A stretch of DNA of 64,000 nucleotides, from NCBI GenBank assembly GCA_965237955.1, contig OZ250169.1, positions 3,872,001-3,936,000 of the forward strand, written 5' to 3'. The notes beneath the pieces were generated by a model. The model saw only the letters and a list, made by a program, of their open reading frames with translations. It did not search any database and was not told where the DNA came from. Below, piece after piece: positions 10,020-20,631 of the stretch. The DNA comes from Candidatus Marinacidobacterales bacterium (GTDB lineage Bacteria; Acidobacteriota; Vicinamibacteria; Marinacidobacterales; SMYC01). The stretch's first letter is position 1. Each line of letters opens with the position of its first letter. Made by a program: the position numbers and the translations under genes.

Positions 10020-11423
10020 CTAAGAAACTACCGCCTGAACGACGTCGCCCGTTTGAGTGTCGATGAGAGCGAAACCGAGGTCAGCGGCGCGTTGGGTCAG
10101 GCGGCGCACGGCACGGGAGCGATCTTGAGCGTTGTAGGCGGCGGCCCCGGGGTCTTGATAGACGAGCCCATCCTTGAGAGTGCGGTAGACGAGAATGGCG
10201 AGCTTTCGAGCGGTGGCGGTGATGGCTTTGGATTTACCGACGCGATAGGCGAGACGTCGATAGTAGGCGCCGAGAGCGGTCTGTGTACGCCCGAGGCTGA
10301 GTGCGGCCATGCGGAGAATGCCAGCGGCGCGGTTTGCAGAGGGTTGTGTTTTCGAGCTGAGGAGTCGCCCGCCGGAGATTTTGTTATTGGGCGCGAGGGT
10401 AAGCCAGGAAGTGAAGTGCTTTTCAGTAGGCCATCGGTTCATATCGGTGCCGATCTCGGCGAGCAAGCGAAGCGCGAAATAGGGTCCGATGGCGTCGATC
10501 TGGGAGAGGTCGACCCCGGCGATCTGGTGGAGGAGAGGCCAGAGCTCGAACCGAGGTTCGTTCACTCGGGGCTTGCGCGATTTTCGAGGCGGTGGCAAGG
10601 AGGTGTTCGGGGTTGAGCGTTGAGCTAGAAGCTGCAGGTGCGATTCGATGGCCACGTCACAGGTTTGGATCTGGAGCTGAAAAGCATCAAAGAGTTCGAG
10701 GTTCTGCTTGAGAGCGAAGAGGTGCTCGGGGCGATAGTTGCCGGTGAGTGCAGCGGCGATCTCGGCCTCGGAGGACTGACAACGGTGGTCACGGTGCTTG
10801 GCGAGCCGATGGGGGTCGGTTTGTCCGGCAACGATGTCTCGTAGAATCCGCATGCCAGTGACACCCGTGATATCAGTGACCACAAGGTGGAGTTGAAGAT
10901 TCATTTGCACGAGAGCCTTCTGCATGCGCTGGATATGGGTTACCGCACTCTGAACGAGAGTCTCTCGGTGGCGGAGGTAGCCACGCAGGGCGGTGATGGC
11001 TGCTTCGGGTCGAAAGCTTCCGCGGAGCAACCCCACGCTGTGCAACTCCCGGAGCCATTCGCAATCGCTGACATCGCTCTTGCGCCCCGGGACGTTTTTG
11101 ACGAGGCGCGCGTTGACCAAGAGGACCTGGAAGCCACGGGCTTCGAGGATTTCATACAGGGCGATCCAGTAGACGCCGGTCGACTCCATCGCGACGCTCG
11201 TCACGCCGCAAGTCGCGAGCCAGTCGGCGAGCCGATGAAGATCGGCCGTGAAACTCCTGAAGGAACGGACCGGTTTAGGATCGCGCTCCGGTGGAACTGC
11301 GACGAAATGCTCGGCCGAGCCGCAATCGATCCCAGCGACATTCACGTTGATTTGCTTCAGGAGGGATGGAGAAGTCCGCTTCTTGGGTTGACGACGATTG
11401 TGCTTCATCAGATGCTCCTTCAT
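10020..11423 (-). CDS. IS110 family transposase (DEDD recombinase)
   Basis: VAGID, AMESTGVYW, RKSDVSD, IDAIG, ISGG catalytic serine motif, ATARKLA. Confidence 0.95.
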   Translation of the reverse strand: MKEHLMKHNRRQPKKRTSPSLLKQINVNVAGIDCGSAEHFVAVPPERDPKPVRSFRSFTADLHRLADWLATCGVTSVAMESTGVYWIALYEILEARGFQVLLVNARLVKNVPGRKSDVSDCEWLRELHSVGLLRGSFRPEAAITALRGYLRHRETLVQSAVTHIQRMQKALVQMNLQLHLVVTDITGVTGMRILRDIVAGQTDPHRLAKHRDHRCQSSEAEIAAALTGNYRPEHLFALKQNLELFDAFQLQIQTCDVAIESHLQLLAQRSTPNTSLPPPRKSRKPRVNEPRFELWPLLHQIAGVDLSQIDAIGPYFALRLLAEIGTDMNRWPTEKHFTSWLTLAPNNKISGGRLLSSKTQPSANRAAGILRMAALSLGRTQTALGAYYRRLAYRVGKSKAITATARKLAILVYRTLKDGLVYQDPGAAAYNAQDRSRAVRRLTQRAADLGFALIDTQTGDVVQAVVS

Positions 11424-11430
11424 ACTTCGT

Positions 11431-11588
11431 GAAGCATCCGGGAACAGGGATGGGCATTCGTTACATTCTCCTAAACGGGATCACGCTCACGCGTGTCACC
11501 ACTGACAGTGCCGAAACATCCCCGGGCCATGCTTAGTTACGGGCTGGATCGCACCAGTGTTGAGTCGGCCTCGGTTCCCGGATGCTCC
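11431..11588 (-). ncRNA. Putative IS110 bridge/seek RNA
   Basis: 13-bp closing stem (11433-45/11574-86); two TGGTG-hairpin-CCCGT-guide modules; guides match 11664-73 and 10015-23; TACAAT -10 at 11593-98. Confidence 0.75.
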
Positions 11589-12055
11589 CGCTATTGTATG
11601 AAACGGACGCTCCATGCAGCACTGGAGTTTCTACCCAGATAGATCGCGAGCCCTGCGCGTACGATGCTTAGTTGAAACTCTCCACGGCTCAGGGTTCGTT
11701 TATAGTAATGATGGTTTACGCGGGTCGTGGATGCGCGAGTAGAGTCGAGGAGGCGGGAGGAGAGTCACCGCGCCGGGGAGCAGCGCGTCCGCCGAAGATG
11801 GTTCCCCGAAGTGCCTCGGGCGTCGCACGAGCGTTTTTTTTGGAGCCATCCGTCCCCAACGTGAGGAAGGAAGATGACGATGTCAGGTCGTACGCTTTCT
11901 TCTTCCCCGGAGCTCGGCTCCCACACATACCTTGCGTATCGTCCTTTGAGCCACGGGGCTCGGGGGACGCTCGGTCCTCCGAGCCTGGAGGTTGCTGTAC
12001 GCCGGTCAGTCGAGATTTCGTATTAATCGTTCCCAGCTCTTCTCGAGGAGGAAGC

Positions 12056-14188
12056 ATGATGAAGCGATCCCGGATCGGTTGTTGCGTCCTGGCTCTAGCG
12101 GCCCTCTTAGGAGTCGCGTCCGCCGGCTCCGCGCAGATGACGGGCCTCGAGAACGGGGAGTGGCATTACCTGGGCGGCGACGCCGGGCACACCCGGTCCA
12201 ATCCGCAGCTGAAACAGATCAACGCGTCCAACTTCTCCGATCTACAGGTAGCCTGGACCTGGCGGGGGGACAACTTCGGGCCGAGCGTCGAGTACACGTT
12301 CCGGTCCACGCCGGTCTTCGTGGACGGTGTGTTGTACACGGTCGTCGGTCAGCGGCGGCAGGTGGCGGCGATCGCCGCCGCCACGGGCGAGACGCTCTGG
12401 GTATTCCGGGAGCCCGAGACGATGAGGTATCTGCGCTCGCCGAGGACGGACTTCGGAAAGGGCATCGCCTACGCGGAGGTGGACGGACGGGGCGTGATCT
12501 ACTTCACGTCGCCCGCCTTCTTCCTCTGGGCGCTGGACGCCAAGACCGGGCGGCCCCTGGAGGACTGGGGTACGCTCGTACCGTTGGAGGATTTCTCCCG
12601 GACCGGCGTCGTTGATCTGATACCGGACCTCGTGGCGGACTGGGAGCCCTGGCTGACCCGGACGACCGGGCCGTACGACCCGGACCACGGGATCCCGAGG
12701 CAGCTGGGCATGGTCACCAGCTCGTCGCCGCCCATCGTGGTGAACGGGGTGGTCGTGGTGCTTGTCGGCCACGAGCCCAGCTATGACCAGACCCGGATCG
12801 AGAACGTCCCCGGCGACATCATGGGCTACGACGGCAGAACCGGAGAGCACCTCTGGAAGTTCCACGTCATCCCGCGGCCCGGCGAGTTCGGCCACGACAC
12901 GTGGGAGAACGACGCCTGGCGGTGGTCGGGCGACATGTCGTCGTGGGCTCCCGCGTCCGCCGACCCGGAGTTGGGGCTCGTGTACATCGTGACGAACGCC
13001 TCGACCGTCCAGTCGTACGCGGGCCATCGCCCGGGCCACAACCTCTTCGGCGGCAGCGTCCTCGCGTTGGACGTCAGGACGGGCGAGCGGAGGTGGCACT
13101 TCCAGATCCACCACAGTGACCAGTGGAACTACGACATTCCCGCCGCGCCCATCCTGATGGATCTCACGGTGGACGGACAGCGAATCCCCGCGTTGATCCA
13201 GAACACGAAGCAGGGCCTCATCTTCGCGTTGAACCGGGAGACCGGTAAGCCGATCTGGCCTATCGAGGAGCGCCCGGTCATGCAGACCCAGGTCCCCGGC
13301 AATTATACGGCGCCCACGCAACCCTACCCGACCCGGCCGGAACCGCTGGACCCCATCGTATGGAACGGGATCACCGACGAGTTCGTGATGGACTACACGC
13401 CGGAGCTGAGGCGGCGCGCCATGGAGATCCTGAGCGAATTTCGGGTCGGGGGCCTCTACGTACCGCCGCTCCCCTATCCCCACAACAACGACTACCGCAA
13501 CGTTGTCGGCTGCAGGGGCGGGTTGAACATGTACCATCCGCCGGTTGCGGATCCGACGACGGGAATCATGTACGCGTCGCACAGGCGGGGCTGCAGCGCC
13601 CCCTCGTTCCTGGTGCCCACGAACGGGGAGGACGTGGAGCGGGGGTTGCCCGGACTGAGTGCGGTGAGCTGGAGGGGGCGGGAGCGGCATACGTCCACCA
13701 CAGGTACCACGGTCGCAGCGTGGGCGCCCGGCGGCCGCCGCGCGTTTCTGCCGCTTATCGAGGGCCTGCCGGTCTACAAGCCTCTGTACCAAGGGCTCGC
13801 CGCCTACGACATGAACACGGGCGAAAAGCTCTGGGACATTCCGGTCGGCGAGACTCCCGAGCGGATCAGGAACCACCCTCTTTTGTCGGGAGTGGATATT
13901 CCCAATACGGGAGGAACCGGCAACTCCATCCAGATGGTCGTGGGCGACCTCTTGTTGCAAACCATGGAGGACCTGCGGGGCGATGCCGAAGTGAGCGAGA
14001 ACGGCATGCCGCTCCTGCATGCCCGCGACAAGCGGACGGGTGAGATCCTGGCGAGCGTCGAGCTCCCGATACCCGGCCAGTACGGGATGATGACCTACAT
14101 GCACGAAGGAAAGCAGTACATCGTGGTGCAGGCGGGCAGCGCGAAACGCAACCAGCCGGGCTCGCTGGTGGCGCTGACGCTGCCGTAG
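12056..14188 (+). CDS. PQQ-dependent dehydrogenase (quinoprotein glucose dehydrogenase-like)
   Basis: GAGGAG RBS; signal peptide; W..LGGD, QINASN...L.VAW, HHSDQWNYD, MTYMHEGKQYIV. Confidence 0.88.
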   Translation: MMKRSRIGCCVLALAALLGVASAGSAQMTGLENGEWHYLGGDAGHTRSNPQLKQINASNFSDLQVAWTWRGDNFGPSVEYTFRSTPVFVDGVLYTVVGQRRQVAAIAAATGETLWVFREPETMRYLRSPRTDFGKGIAYAEVDGRGVIYFTSPAFFLWALDAKTGRPLEDWGTLVPLEDFSRTGVVDLIPDLVADWEPWLTRTTGPYDPDHGIPRQLGMVTSSSPPIVVNGVVVVLVGHEPSYDQTRIENVPGDIMGYDGRTGEHLWKFHVIPRPGEFGHDTWENDAWRWSGDMSSWAPASADPELGLVYIVTNASTVQSYAGHRPGHNLFGGSVLALDVRTGERRWHFQIHHSDQWNYDIPAAPILMDLTVDGQRIPALIQNTKQGLIFALNRETGKPIWPIEERPVMQTQVPGNYTAPTQPYPTRPEPLDPIVWNGITDEFVMDYTPELRRRAMEILSEFRVGGLYVPPLPYPHNNDYRNVVGCRGGLNMYHPPVADPTTGIMYASHRRGCSAPSFLVPTNGEDVERGLPGLSAVSWRGRERHTSTTGTTVAAWAPGGRRAFLPLIEGLPVYKPLYQGLAAYDMNTGEKLWDIPVGETPERIRNHPLLSGVDIPNTGGTGNSIQMVVGDLLLQTMEDLRGDAEVSENGMPLLHARDKRTGEILASVELPIPGQYGMMTYMHEGKQYIVVQAGSAKRNQPGSLVALTLP

Positions 14189-14366
14189 CCGGGTACTTTC
14201 GGCGCACATATTGGTGCTTCAACCGAGTTAGGTGTGCGCTCCCGACTGCTCGACAACCGGCTAGGCATCGAGGTCGTGACCTACCCGACCGGGACCCGCC
14301 GATCAGGATGCACGGAATCTGAAGCGTGCCGTCGCGGCCGGCTGCTTCATCGGAAAATACTCGGGC

Positions 14367-14864
14367 TCACGTCGCCGGGCCGCAGCTCAGCGGCGGCGTT
14401 TCAGACGGAGAAGCGAAATGCAACGACAATTCATCATTGTGAGTGCGTTGGCAGACAGGACATCGATGGACGTAGCGCCACTCGCGTCGGATTCTTTTGG
14501 GTGATGCAGGCTTGGCGAGGCTTTTCGGTACGGGAAGGCGCGTTTTGGGCTCGTAGCTGGCGGCGCGCATGAGGGCTTTCCATTCGGGACCGTGGGGGCG
14601 AATCCGGTCGCCGTGGCGTTCTCGCGCGGCGAGGTGGGCGAGCTCGTGGCAGAGCACCTCGTCGAGAAGCGTGGGCTCGGCGGACTCGAGATAGGACGCG
14701 ATGCGGATGAGGTATCGTCGCGGGTAGCAGCGGCCGAGGCTTCGGGTGAGACGCGGGCTCCATTCGATTGCGGCTCGTTGGGTGAGCTCCGGGGTCTTCC
14801 AGACGTCGAGCCATTCATCGAGGGCGCGGATGGTGACGCTCGAGAGGGGAACGTGATTGGCCAC
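14367..14864 (-). CDS. SprT-like zinc metalloprotease domain protein
   Basis: RSLGRC, HELAH, PHGPEW, C-terminal CPVC. Confidence 0.8.
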   Translation of the reverse strand: MANHVPLSSVTIRALDEWLDVWKTPELTQRAAIEWSPRLTRSLGRCYPRRYLIRIASYLESAEPTLLDEVLCHELAHLAARERHGDRIRPHGPEWKALMRAASYEPKTRLPVPKSLAKPASPKRIRREWRYVHRCPVCQRTHNDELSLHFASPSETPPLSCGPAT

Positions 14865-15000
14865 GGAGAAGCTAACACGGAGGGTCGGTGTCGCTCGGTG
14901 CCGGCGCCCTCGCTTCCAGGATGCCCATTAATCTCGCCGGGGAGGGAGGATAACCGACGGGTTTCTCGTCTCTATCTCATCAAGGAGGTAGAATGACGAT

Positions 15001-15597
15001 ATGGCCAATATGGCAACGGACACGCGCGCTGTTGCTCAGCGCCGGTTTACGGTCGAGGAGTACCACCTCATGGCGGAGACGGGAATCTTGTCTCCGGTCG
15101 AGCGGGTCGAGCTCGTCCGAGGGGCGGTGTGGAAGGTGAGCCCCAGGAATCGCCGTCATGTCATCGCGACCCGGCGCGTCTTCAACTTTTTCCTCGAGAG
15201 GCTCGAAGGCAGAGCGAGCGTCTATAAAGAAGACCCGCTCGTATTGAAGGAGCTCGATTCGGAGCCAGAGCCCGATGTGCTAGTTTGCTCGAACCCGGAC
15301 TTCGAAGCTTACGGGACTGAAGCCACGAAGCCGCTGCTCGTGGTCGAGGTGGCGGAGTCGTCACTGCGGGACGACCTTGGCGACAAGGCGGCGCTTTATG
15401 CCGAGGCTGGAATCCCGGAGTATTGGGTAGTGAACCTGGTCGACCGAGTCCTCGTGGTGTTTCGAGAACCTGGTGACGGGAGCTACCGGACACGCTTTAC
15501 GCTCGAGCCGGGCGCGCGCGTCGCGCCGGGGTCGTGGCCGGATTTGGAGCTCGATATCGCATCGCTCTTTTCGGAAGGGGCCGAAAGAGGCCGGTGA
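15001..15597 (+). CDS. Uma2 family PD-(D/E)xK endonuclease-fold protein
   Basis: FTVEEY, RVEL, EPEPD, LLVVEVAESSL..D..K..LYA.AGIPEYWVVNL. Confidence 0.92.
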   Translation: MANMATDTRAVAQRRFTVEEYHLMAETGILSPVERVELVRGAVWKVSPRNRRHVIATRRVFNFFLERLEGRASVYKEDPLVLKELDSEPEPDVLVCSNPDFEAYGTEATKPLLVVEVAESSLRDDLGDKAALYAEAGIPEYWVVNLVDRVLVVFREPGDGSYRTRFTLEPGARVAPGSWPDLELDIASLFSEGAERGR

Positions 15598-15714
15598 AAT
15601 CCCCGCGCGCGCGGGCTGAGTTTTCGGCTCGACGCTCTGTTCACGTGGGTCCGAAGCACAGGCGCGAACGGTATCCATCCAACCTTCTAGCTCCACGCCT
15701 GTGGGCTTGGCCCG

Positions 15715-16637
15715 TTGTCGAATGCCGCTCCCCACGATCGTTTCCTGAGCGCCTCCGAGTCGTTGCCGGGTCGAGGGTCTCCGTATGTTGTCCCATGGGG
15801 CGAGTCCGAATACTTCTGGGAGGGCGCGAGTCCGCCTAGACGGTTTGAGCTCTTTACGGGTGGTAGTCCTCTTGGGGCGATTGCGCCCGTGGCGGCTTCG
15901 AAATGGAAATCGTTTCCGCCCGAGCTTTCGGAATCGCTGGCAGATCGCCTGCGCAGCACCTCTTCCGTCGACGTTTCGGTGGATGGAGGACCGCGGGCTA
16001 CCCTCCTCATTCGCGAAGAGGGGATGGCTCAAAAGCCATCTATATTAATGATGCTCAGTGCTGAGGAAATCCTTCGCGACTGGTCGCCGCTTCTTTCCGT
16101 TGAGCAGCGACAGGCCTTTCTGGCCGACAAGGCGCAGGAGCTCATGGTGCGGGAAGGCATTCTTGCAGAGCGCACCGATCCGCTCCGGACCGTCTTTAGC
16201 ATGTTTGACCGTTTTCCCGCGGTCTTCTACAGAGGGCCACGCGTTCTCGATGCTGCGCGAGCACGTCGTCGCCGCTATCGAGGCCGGACGGGAAAAAGAA
16301 GCGGTCTATCGATTGTTCGGGGAGAAGTACGACCCGCTGCCTTCGCTCATTCGAACCGTACTCGGGGATCAGGAGGGAGATGTCGTCAATCGCCACATCA
16401 CCCTGCTTCCGGCCCTAGATAAGACACGTTGCGCCAGCTCGAGAATGCGTATGCCCCTTCTTTCAGCAGCACCGCAGGGAACGGAAAGAACTTCGTCAAC
16501 AACTCCACCACGTCGAAGCGTTGAAAAAAGACTTCGCGTTCGGAAACCGTGAGCTTCAGGGAGAGTTCATCAGCTGGTTCGAGCGGATGTTTTTTGCCGA
16601 CATGAGGCCGGCAGGCCAGGCTGAGGTTAGACCCGAT
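15715..16637 (+). pseudogene. Frameshifted C-terminal remnant of a conserved protein preceding an SF2 helicase
   Basis: Coding-like segments in three frames (LSAEEILRDWS..., LFGEKYDPLPSL, FISWFERMF). Confidence 0.45.
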
Positions 16638-17815
16638 ATGCGGAACATAGAGCCCGTTTCGCTCAAGACCGCTCGCAAGCTCATCGATTTTGGCAGCGGC
16701 GTCATGTCGAAGGGACTTGCCGAGGAACAACTCCAGGGGGGCGGTCTCCTTGCACAACATTCTCAACCAGCGCGGCTTTGCGTACCTCGCTGACGAAGTC
16801 GGGATGGGAAAGACGTACGTTGCGCTCGGCGTTCGTGGGGCTTTTGCGGTTCTTTCATCCTCATGTTCGCATTCTCTACATCACGCCGCGGGAGAACATT
16901 CAGCTCAAGCGGAGAAAGGAGCTCCACAATTTCGTAAGGAACGACTGGAAGTGGACGGACCCGCGGGTCAATAGCATCCAGGGCATCCAGGAATCCCCGC
17001 TGGTGGATGTGGCGGTCTGCGGCAATCTGGCCGATTGGGCCCGGCAGGCGGTGCGTGCACCGGACCGGGACTTTCTCCTTCGGTGAGTATGACGAGCTTC
17101 AGCTTTCCCCTGAGCAACGACTCTCGACAGTGGCGGGAGAAGCGCAAAGAGATTTTGCGGCTCGCTTTCTTTTTGGAGCGCTCCGCGATGGACCTGCGTG
17201 ACAAGGAGACGTTCAAGTACACCTACGCGCAGGCGGTGAGCGCGCTTTTGCCTCATTACGACCTCGTGGTGCCCGAGCGCTCAAGACGAAGCGCATAACT
17301 TCAAGCACGGGCGGAAGTCCCACGCCGCGAGAAATCGCGTACTGCGACAAGTGCTCGGCCTCGGTGAAGAGGCGTTCGAGCCGCGTGTGCCGAACTATTC
17401 GCCGCGGTTCGATCGGGTGCTTCTTTTATCCGCGACGCCTCTCGAGAATGATTACGAGCAGCTGTGGCGGCAGCTCGACCTCTTTGGATTTGGTCAGTCT
17501 GTCAAAGATTTGTGCGACCCCGAGTTGGAGACACCGGAGAAGAAAGAGATTGCCTCGGGCTTTCTCGCGCGGCGGTTCATTACTCACTGGGCTACGGATT
17601 GGGGGCGAGCTCCATACGAAGAACATGTATCGGCGGGAGTGGCGGGGAGGAGGCTGCGACCAACACGACGACCCGCTCGAGGTGCCTGACGACCGGCAGC
17701 GACTCATCGTCGCTCTGGTGCAGAAGAAAGTGGCCGAGGTTCTTCAGGATGAGCGATTTGGGGCCAGCTTTCAGATGGGGATGCTGGCATCGTTCGAGAG
17801 TTTTTTTCGAACGGC
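16638..17815 (+). pseudogene. SNF2-like SF2 helicase, multiply frameshifted and truncated
   Basis: YLADEVGMGKTYVALG (Walker A), DEAHNFKHG, LLLSATP in different frames; no helicase C-terminal domain. Confidence 0.85.
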
Positions 17816-17980
17816 CAGTCGAGCACGGCGAAGCTTGGAAAACGTTCGACGCTTACTCCTGTTGTCTCTGACGTTCGTCCACAGGTTCGCGCTATACGCG
17901 CTACGTCGGCGGCGCCGCGTGCGTGGTGTGCTCTCGGCGCGTTAAGATGACCCCAGTTGGCATTCAGAGGAGAAACTTTT

Positions 17981-18994
17981 ATGCGTATCACTTCGACCAG
18001 GCTGTCCCTCGGTCTCGTCATCTCTCTCGCTTCCGCGCTGCTCTCGACGCCGTCGTTCGCCCAGACGACGCACGAATTCGAGGCGACGACCTATTACAAC
18101 ACCTTCTCGTTCGCCCACCCGCCGGCGCTCCGGATCAGCCCGGGCGACCGCGTCGTGACCAAAACGATTGACGCAGGCGGCAGCGACGAGCACGGAAACA
18201 AGGTCGCGTCCGGCCCGAACCCGCAGATCGGGCCGTTCTACATCGAGGGCGCGGAGCCGGGCGACGTCCTGGTCGTGCGATTCGAGAAGATCGAGCCGAA
18301 CCGGGACTCGGCGTATTCGAGCACGGTGCTTGCGCCTTACGCCGCCGACCCGGCGTTTCTTCGATACGAGGGGCTCAACGAGCAGCAGCGCGAGATCTGG
18401 GAAGTGGATCGCGATAACCGCGTGGCTCGCCCGACGACGCCCGCCCTGCGCGCGCAGGGAATCGAAATGCCGTTCCGTCCCATGCTCGGGTGCGTCGGTG
18501 TGGCACCGCCCCGCAAGGAAGCGGTCAGGACCGCGACACCCGGGGAGTTCGGCGGCAACCTCGATTACTTCGGCATGGTTGCCGGGGTGAAGGTGATGCT
18601 GCCGGTCTTCGAGCCGGGCGCGCTGCTGTTCATCGGCGACGGTCATGCGCGACAGGGTGAAGGTGAGGTGGTCGGCAATGCGCTCGAGATTTCCATGGAC
18701 GTCGAGTTCTCGGTCGACTTGATCAAGGACAAGGAGATCGGCTGGCCGCGGCTCGAGACGGACGATTACATCATCGTGCTCGGGAGCGCGCGGCCGCTGC
18801 TGCAGGCCCTCCAGCACGCGACGACCGAGCTGCAGCACTGGCTGATGGACGACTACGGCTACGACGAGCGCGGCTCGTCGCTGCTGATGGGACACGCGCT
18901 GGAGTACGATGTGGTCCAGGTCGTCGACCCGCACTTCACGATCGCCGCGAAGATGCGGAAGGAGTTTCTAACTGCGCCTCGCACTTCGCGGTGA
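17981..18994 (+). CDS. Acetamidase/formamidase family protein with signal peptide
   Basis: GPFYIEGAEPGD, PMLGCVGVAP, FGGNLD, GDGHARQGEGEV.G.ALE. Confidence 0.92.
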   Translation: MRITSTRLSLGLVISLASALLSTPSFAQTTHEFEATTYYNTFSFAHPPALRISPGDRVVTKTIDAGGSDEHGNKVASGPNPQIGPFYIEGAEPGDVLVVRFEKIEPNRDSAYSSTVLAPYAADPAFLRYEGLNEQQREIWEVDRDNRVARPTTPALRAQGIEMPFRPMLGCVGVAPPRKEAVRTATPGEFGGNLDYFGMVAGVKVMLPVFEPGALLFIGDGHARQGEGEVVGNALEISMDVEFSVDLIKDKEIGWPRLETDDYIIVLGSARPLLQALQHATTELQHWLMDDYGYDERGSSLLMGHALEYDVVQVVDPHFTIAAKMRKEFLTAPRTSR

Positions 18995-19431
18995 ACTGTA
19001 CACGCCGTCATGCGGGCGGCAAGAATGGTGGGACCAATACGAAGCGGCGCGGCGCAAGAAGAGGCGACGGACGCAAGTGGCGGGCGATGAGCTCGACCCG
19101 GTGGAGGCGGAGGGCACTGATTCCGACGCGCTTCATGTAGGCCACGAGGACGTCGAGGATCCTGGCGGAAACGATACGTTCTTTGCTTGGTTCTTTCGCG
19201 GAGATGGACCGGCGGGGTGGCTCTCGGGTGCGGCGTTTTACGCACGAACAGGTGGACGTTGATACGACGCTCACCGTGGTTCTTGAGAGCCTGGCCCACC
19301 TTGCCCGTCTTCGGCGTCCGGTTCGGACTCTGCCACTGGAACCCCGTCGGCGATAGAAACTGGTCGTCGTAGCGATGATGCTCCTCGCGCTGGCCGGATT
19401 TTCTCTGAGGGGAACCGCTTAGCCGCTTGCT

Positions 19432-19655
19432 TCAGCGTTGGGTCGCTCGGATACCGGCGGCCCGTTGATCCAGTGTTTCGGCTTCTTTGTCCCGTTTGGT
19501 GGCTCGATACATCTTCGCCAAGTTCTCAAGGCTCCTCGCCACAGCGGGATGATCCGGGCCGAGGGCCTTCTCCCATATCGCCAGCGAGCGTTTGTAGAGT
19601 GGCTCGGCCTGTGCGTACTGGCCTTGTGTTTCGTAGAGCAAAGCCAGGTTGTGGC
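19432..19655 (-). pseudogene. Tetratricopeptide repeat fragment
   Basis: QGQYAQAEPLYKRSLAIWEKALGPDHPAVARSLENLA; no N-terminus. Confidence 0.8.
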
Positions 19656-19835
19656 CAACAATCTGTTGCGCCGGCGCCCCGGGAGTCTGATGGTGGTGCG
19701 TTCACCAGGACAGGTGACACCTGCACCACCGTCTAAGGATGGTACCTAAGAAGGGCTTAGAGCCTTCATTCCTAATAGGGCAAGATCGCTTGCCTTATTT
19801 CCTGCCTTATTACTCGAGGGAAATAGGGAGTGGCA

Positions 19836-20020
19836 CTAGCAGCCGCATGCTGTGCGCGTGGGTAAAGAAGAAATGCGTCGGCACAGCGCAATCGCCGCAC
19901 TGATTTCTTCGATTTCATCTGCGCGTAGGTTTCCGAGCTTCGATGTAAACCGCCCCACGGACACCGACTTGACCTGGAAGCGATCCGCCGCCGACGGCTT
20001 TGCTAGGCCGTTTGTAGCGT
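19836..20020 (-). pseudogene. PemK/MazF toxin C-terminal fragment
   Basis: NGLAKPSAADRFQVKSVSVGRF..KLG.L...IEEI..AI. Confidence 0.7.
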
Positions 20021-20058
20021 TTTCGGGTGCGGCGCCACCACATGACTCGCTGTCGTTC

Positions 20059-20490
20059 TCAACCGCGAGCAACGCCAAACAGCACCAGCAACGCGACGAT
20101 CAGGGCGCCGACTACGAAGGGCCAGACGCGGAATCGAGAGCCGGATTCCGCCGCACTCAAATCGGCAAGCAGTTCCTCCACTGTCTGGTAGCGATCGAGC
20201 CGGCTTACCTCGAGACATCGGAAGACCGTTTTTCGAATCGAGGACGGAATCCCTCGACTCAGACGAACCGGTGTGCGGCGCCGCCCCACGAGCTTTCGAA
20301 GGAACCCGCGGAGCGAGCTTTCCGGCCGATACGGAAGCTTTCCGGTCAGCGTTTCGTAGAACACGATACCGAAGGACCAGATGTCGGACCGCTCGTCGGC
20401 GCGGTCTCCCCGCGCTTGCTCTGGGGACATATAAGCGGGCGTCCCCATGATGCGGCCGAGCTCGGTGATCGCGACACCCTCGTCCGAGAC
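20059..20490 (-). pseudogene. Ser/Thr protein kinase C-lobe fragment with TM helix
   Basis: [24 protein letters not shown]; N-lobe missing. Confidence 0.8.
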
Positions 20491-20631
20491 GATGCCGAGG
20501 GCCACCATTTGCCGCCGAGCACGTTTGGCGAGACGCGCGAGCGCGCTCTTGGGAGCGTTGTGCCCGGACTGAAGACCATGAAGGATCCATAGCAGATCAC
20601 CGCGCGCCTTCATCGGCACTCTTTCGAACAC

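Larger units (their letters stand above)
10017..11668 (-). mobile_element. IS110-family element bounded by CT cores (10017-18 and 11667-68)
   Basis: Transposase plus ~245-bp upstream non-coding end; no terminal IRs; both junctions match loops in the non-coding region. Confidence 0.85.

Noticed and set aside
11672-12055. 128-aa N-terminal extension of the PQQ dehydrogenase
   Set aside because: Low-complexity; RBS and signal peptide point to ATG 12056
12242-14209. Long antisense ORFs (also 17942-18934, 46480-48132, 53532-55220, 26189-26680)
   Set aside because: Shadow frames of real high-GC genes with no recognisable motifs
19652-19680. GCCAACAATCTGTTGCGCCG as an attC half-site
   Set aside because: No complementary right arm or GTT core found
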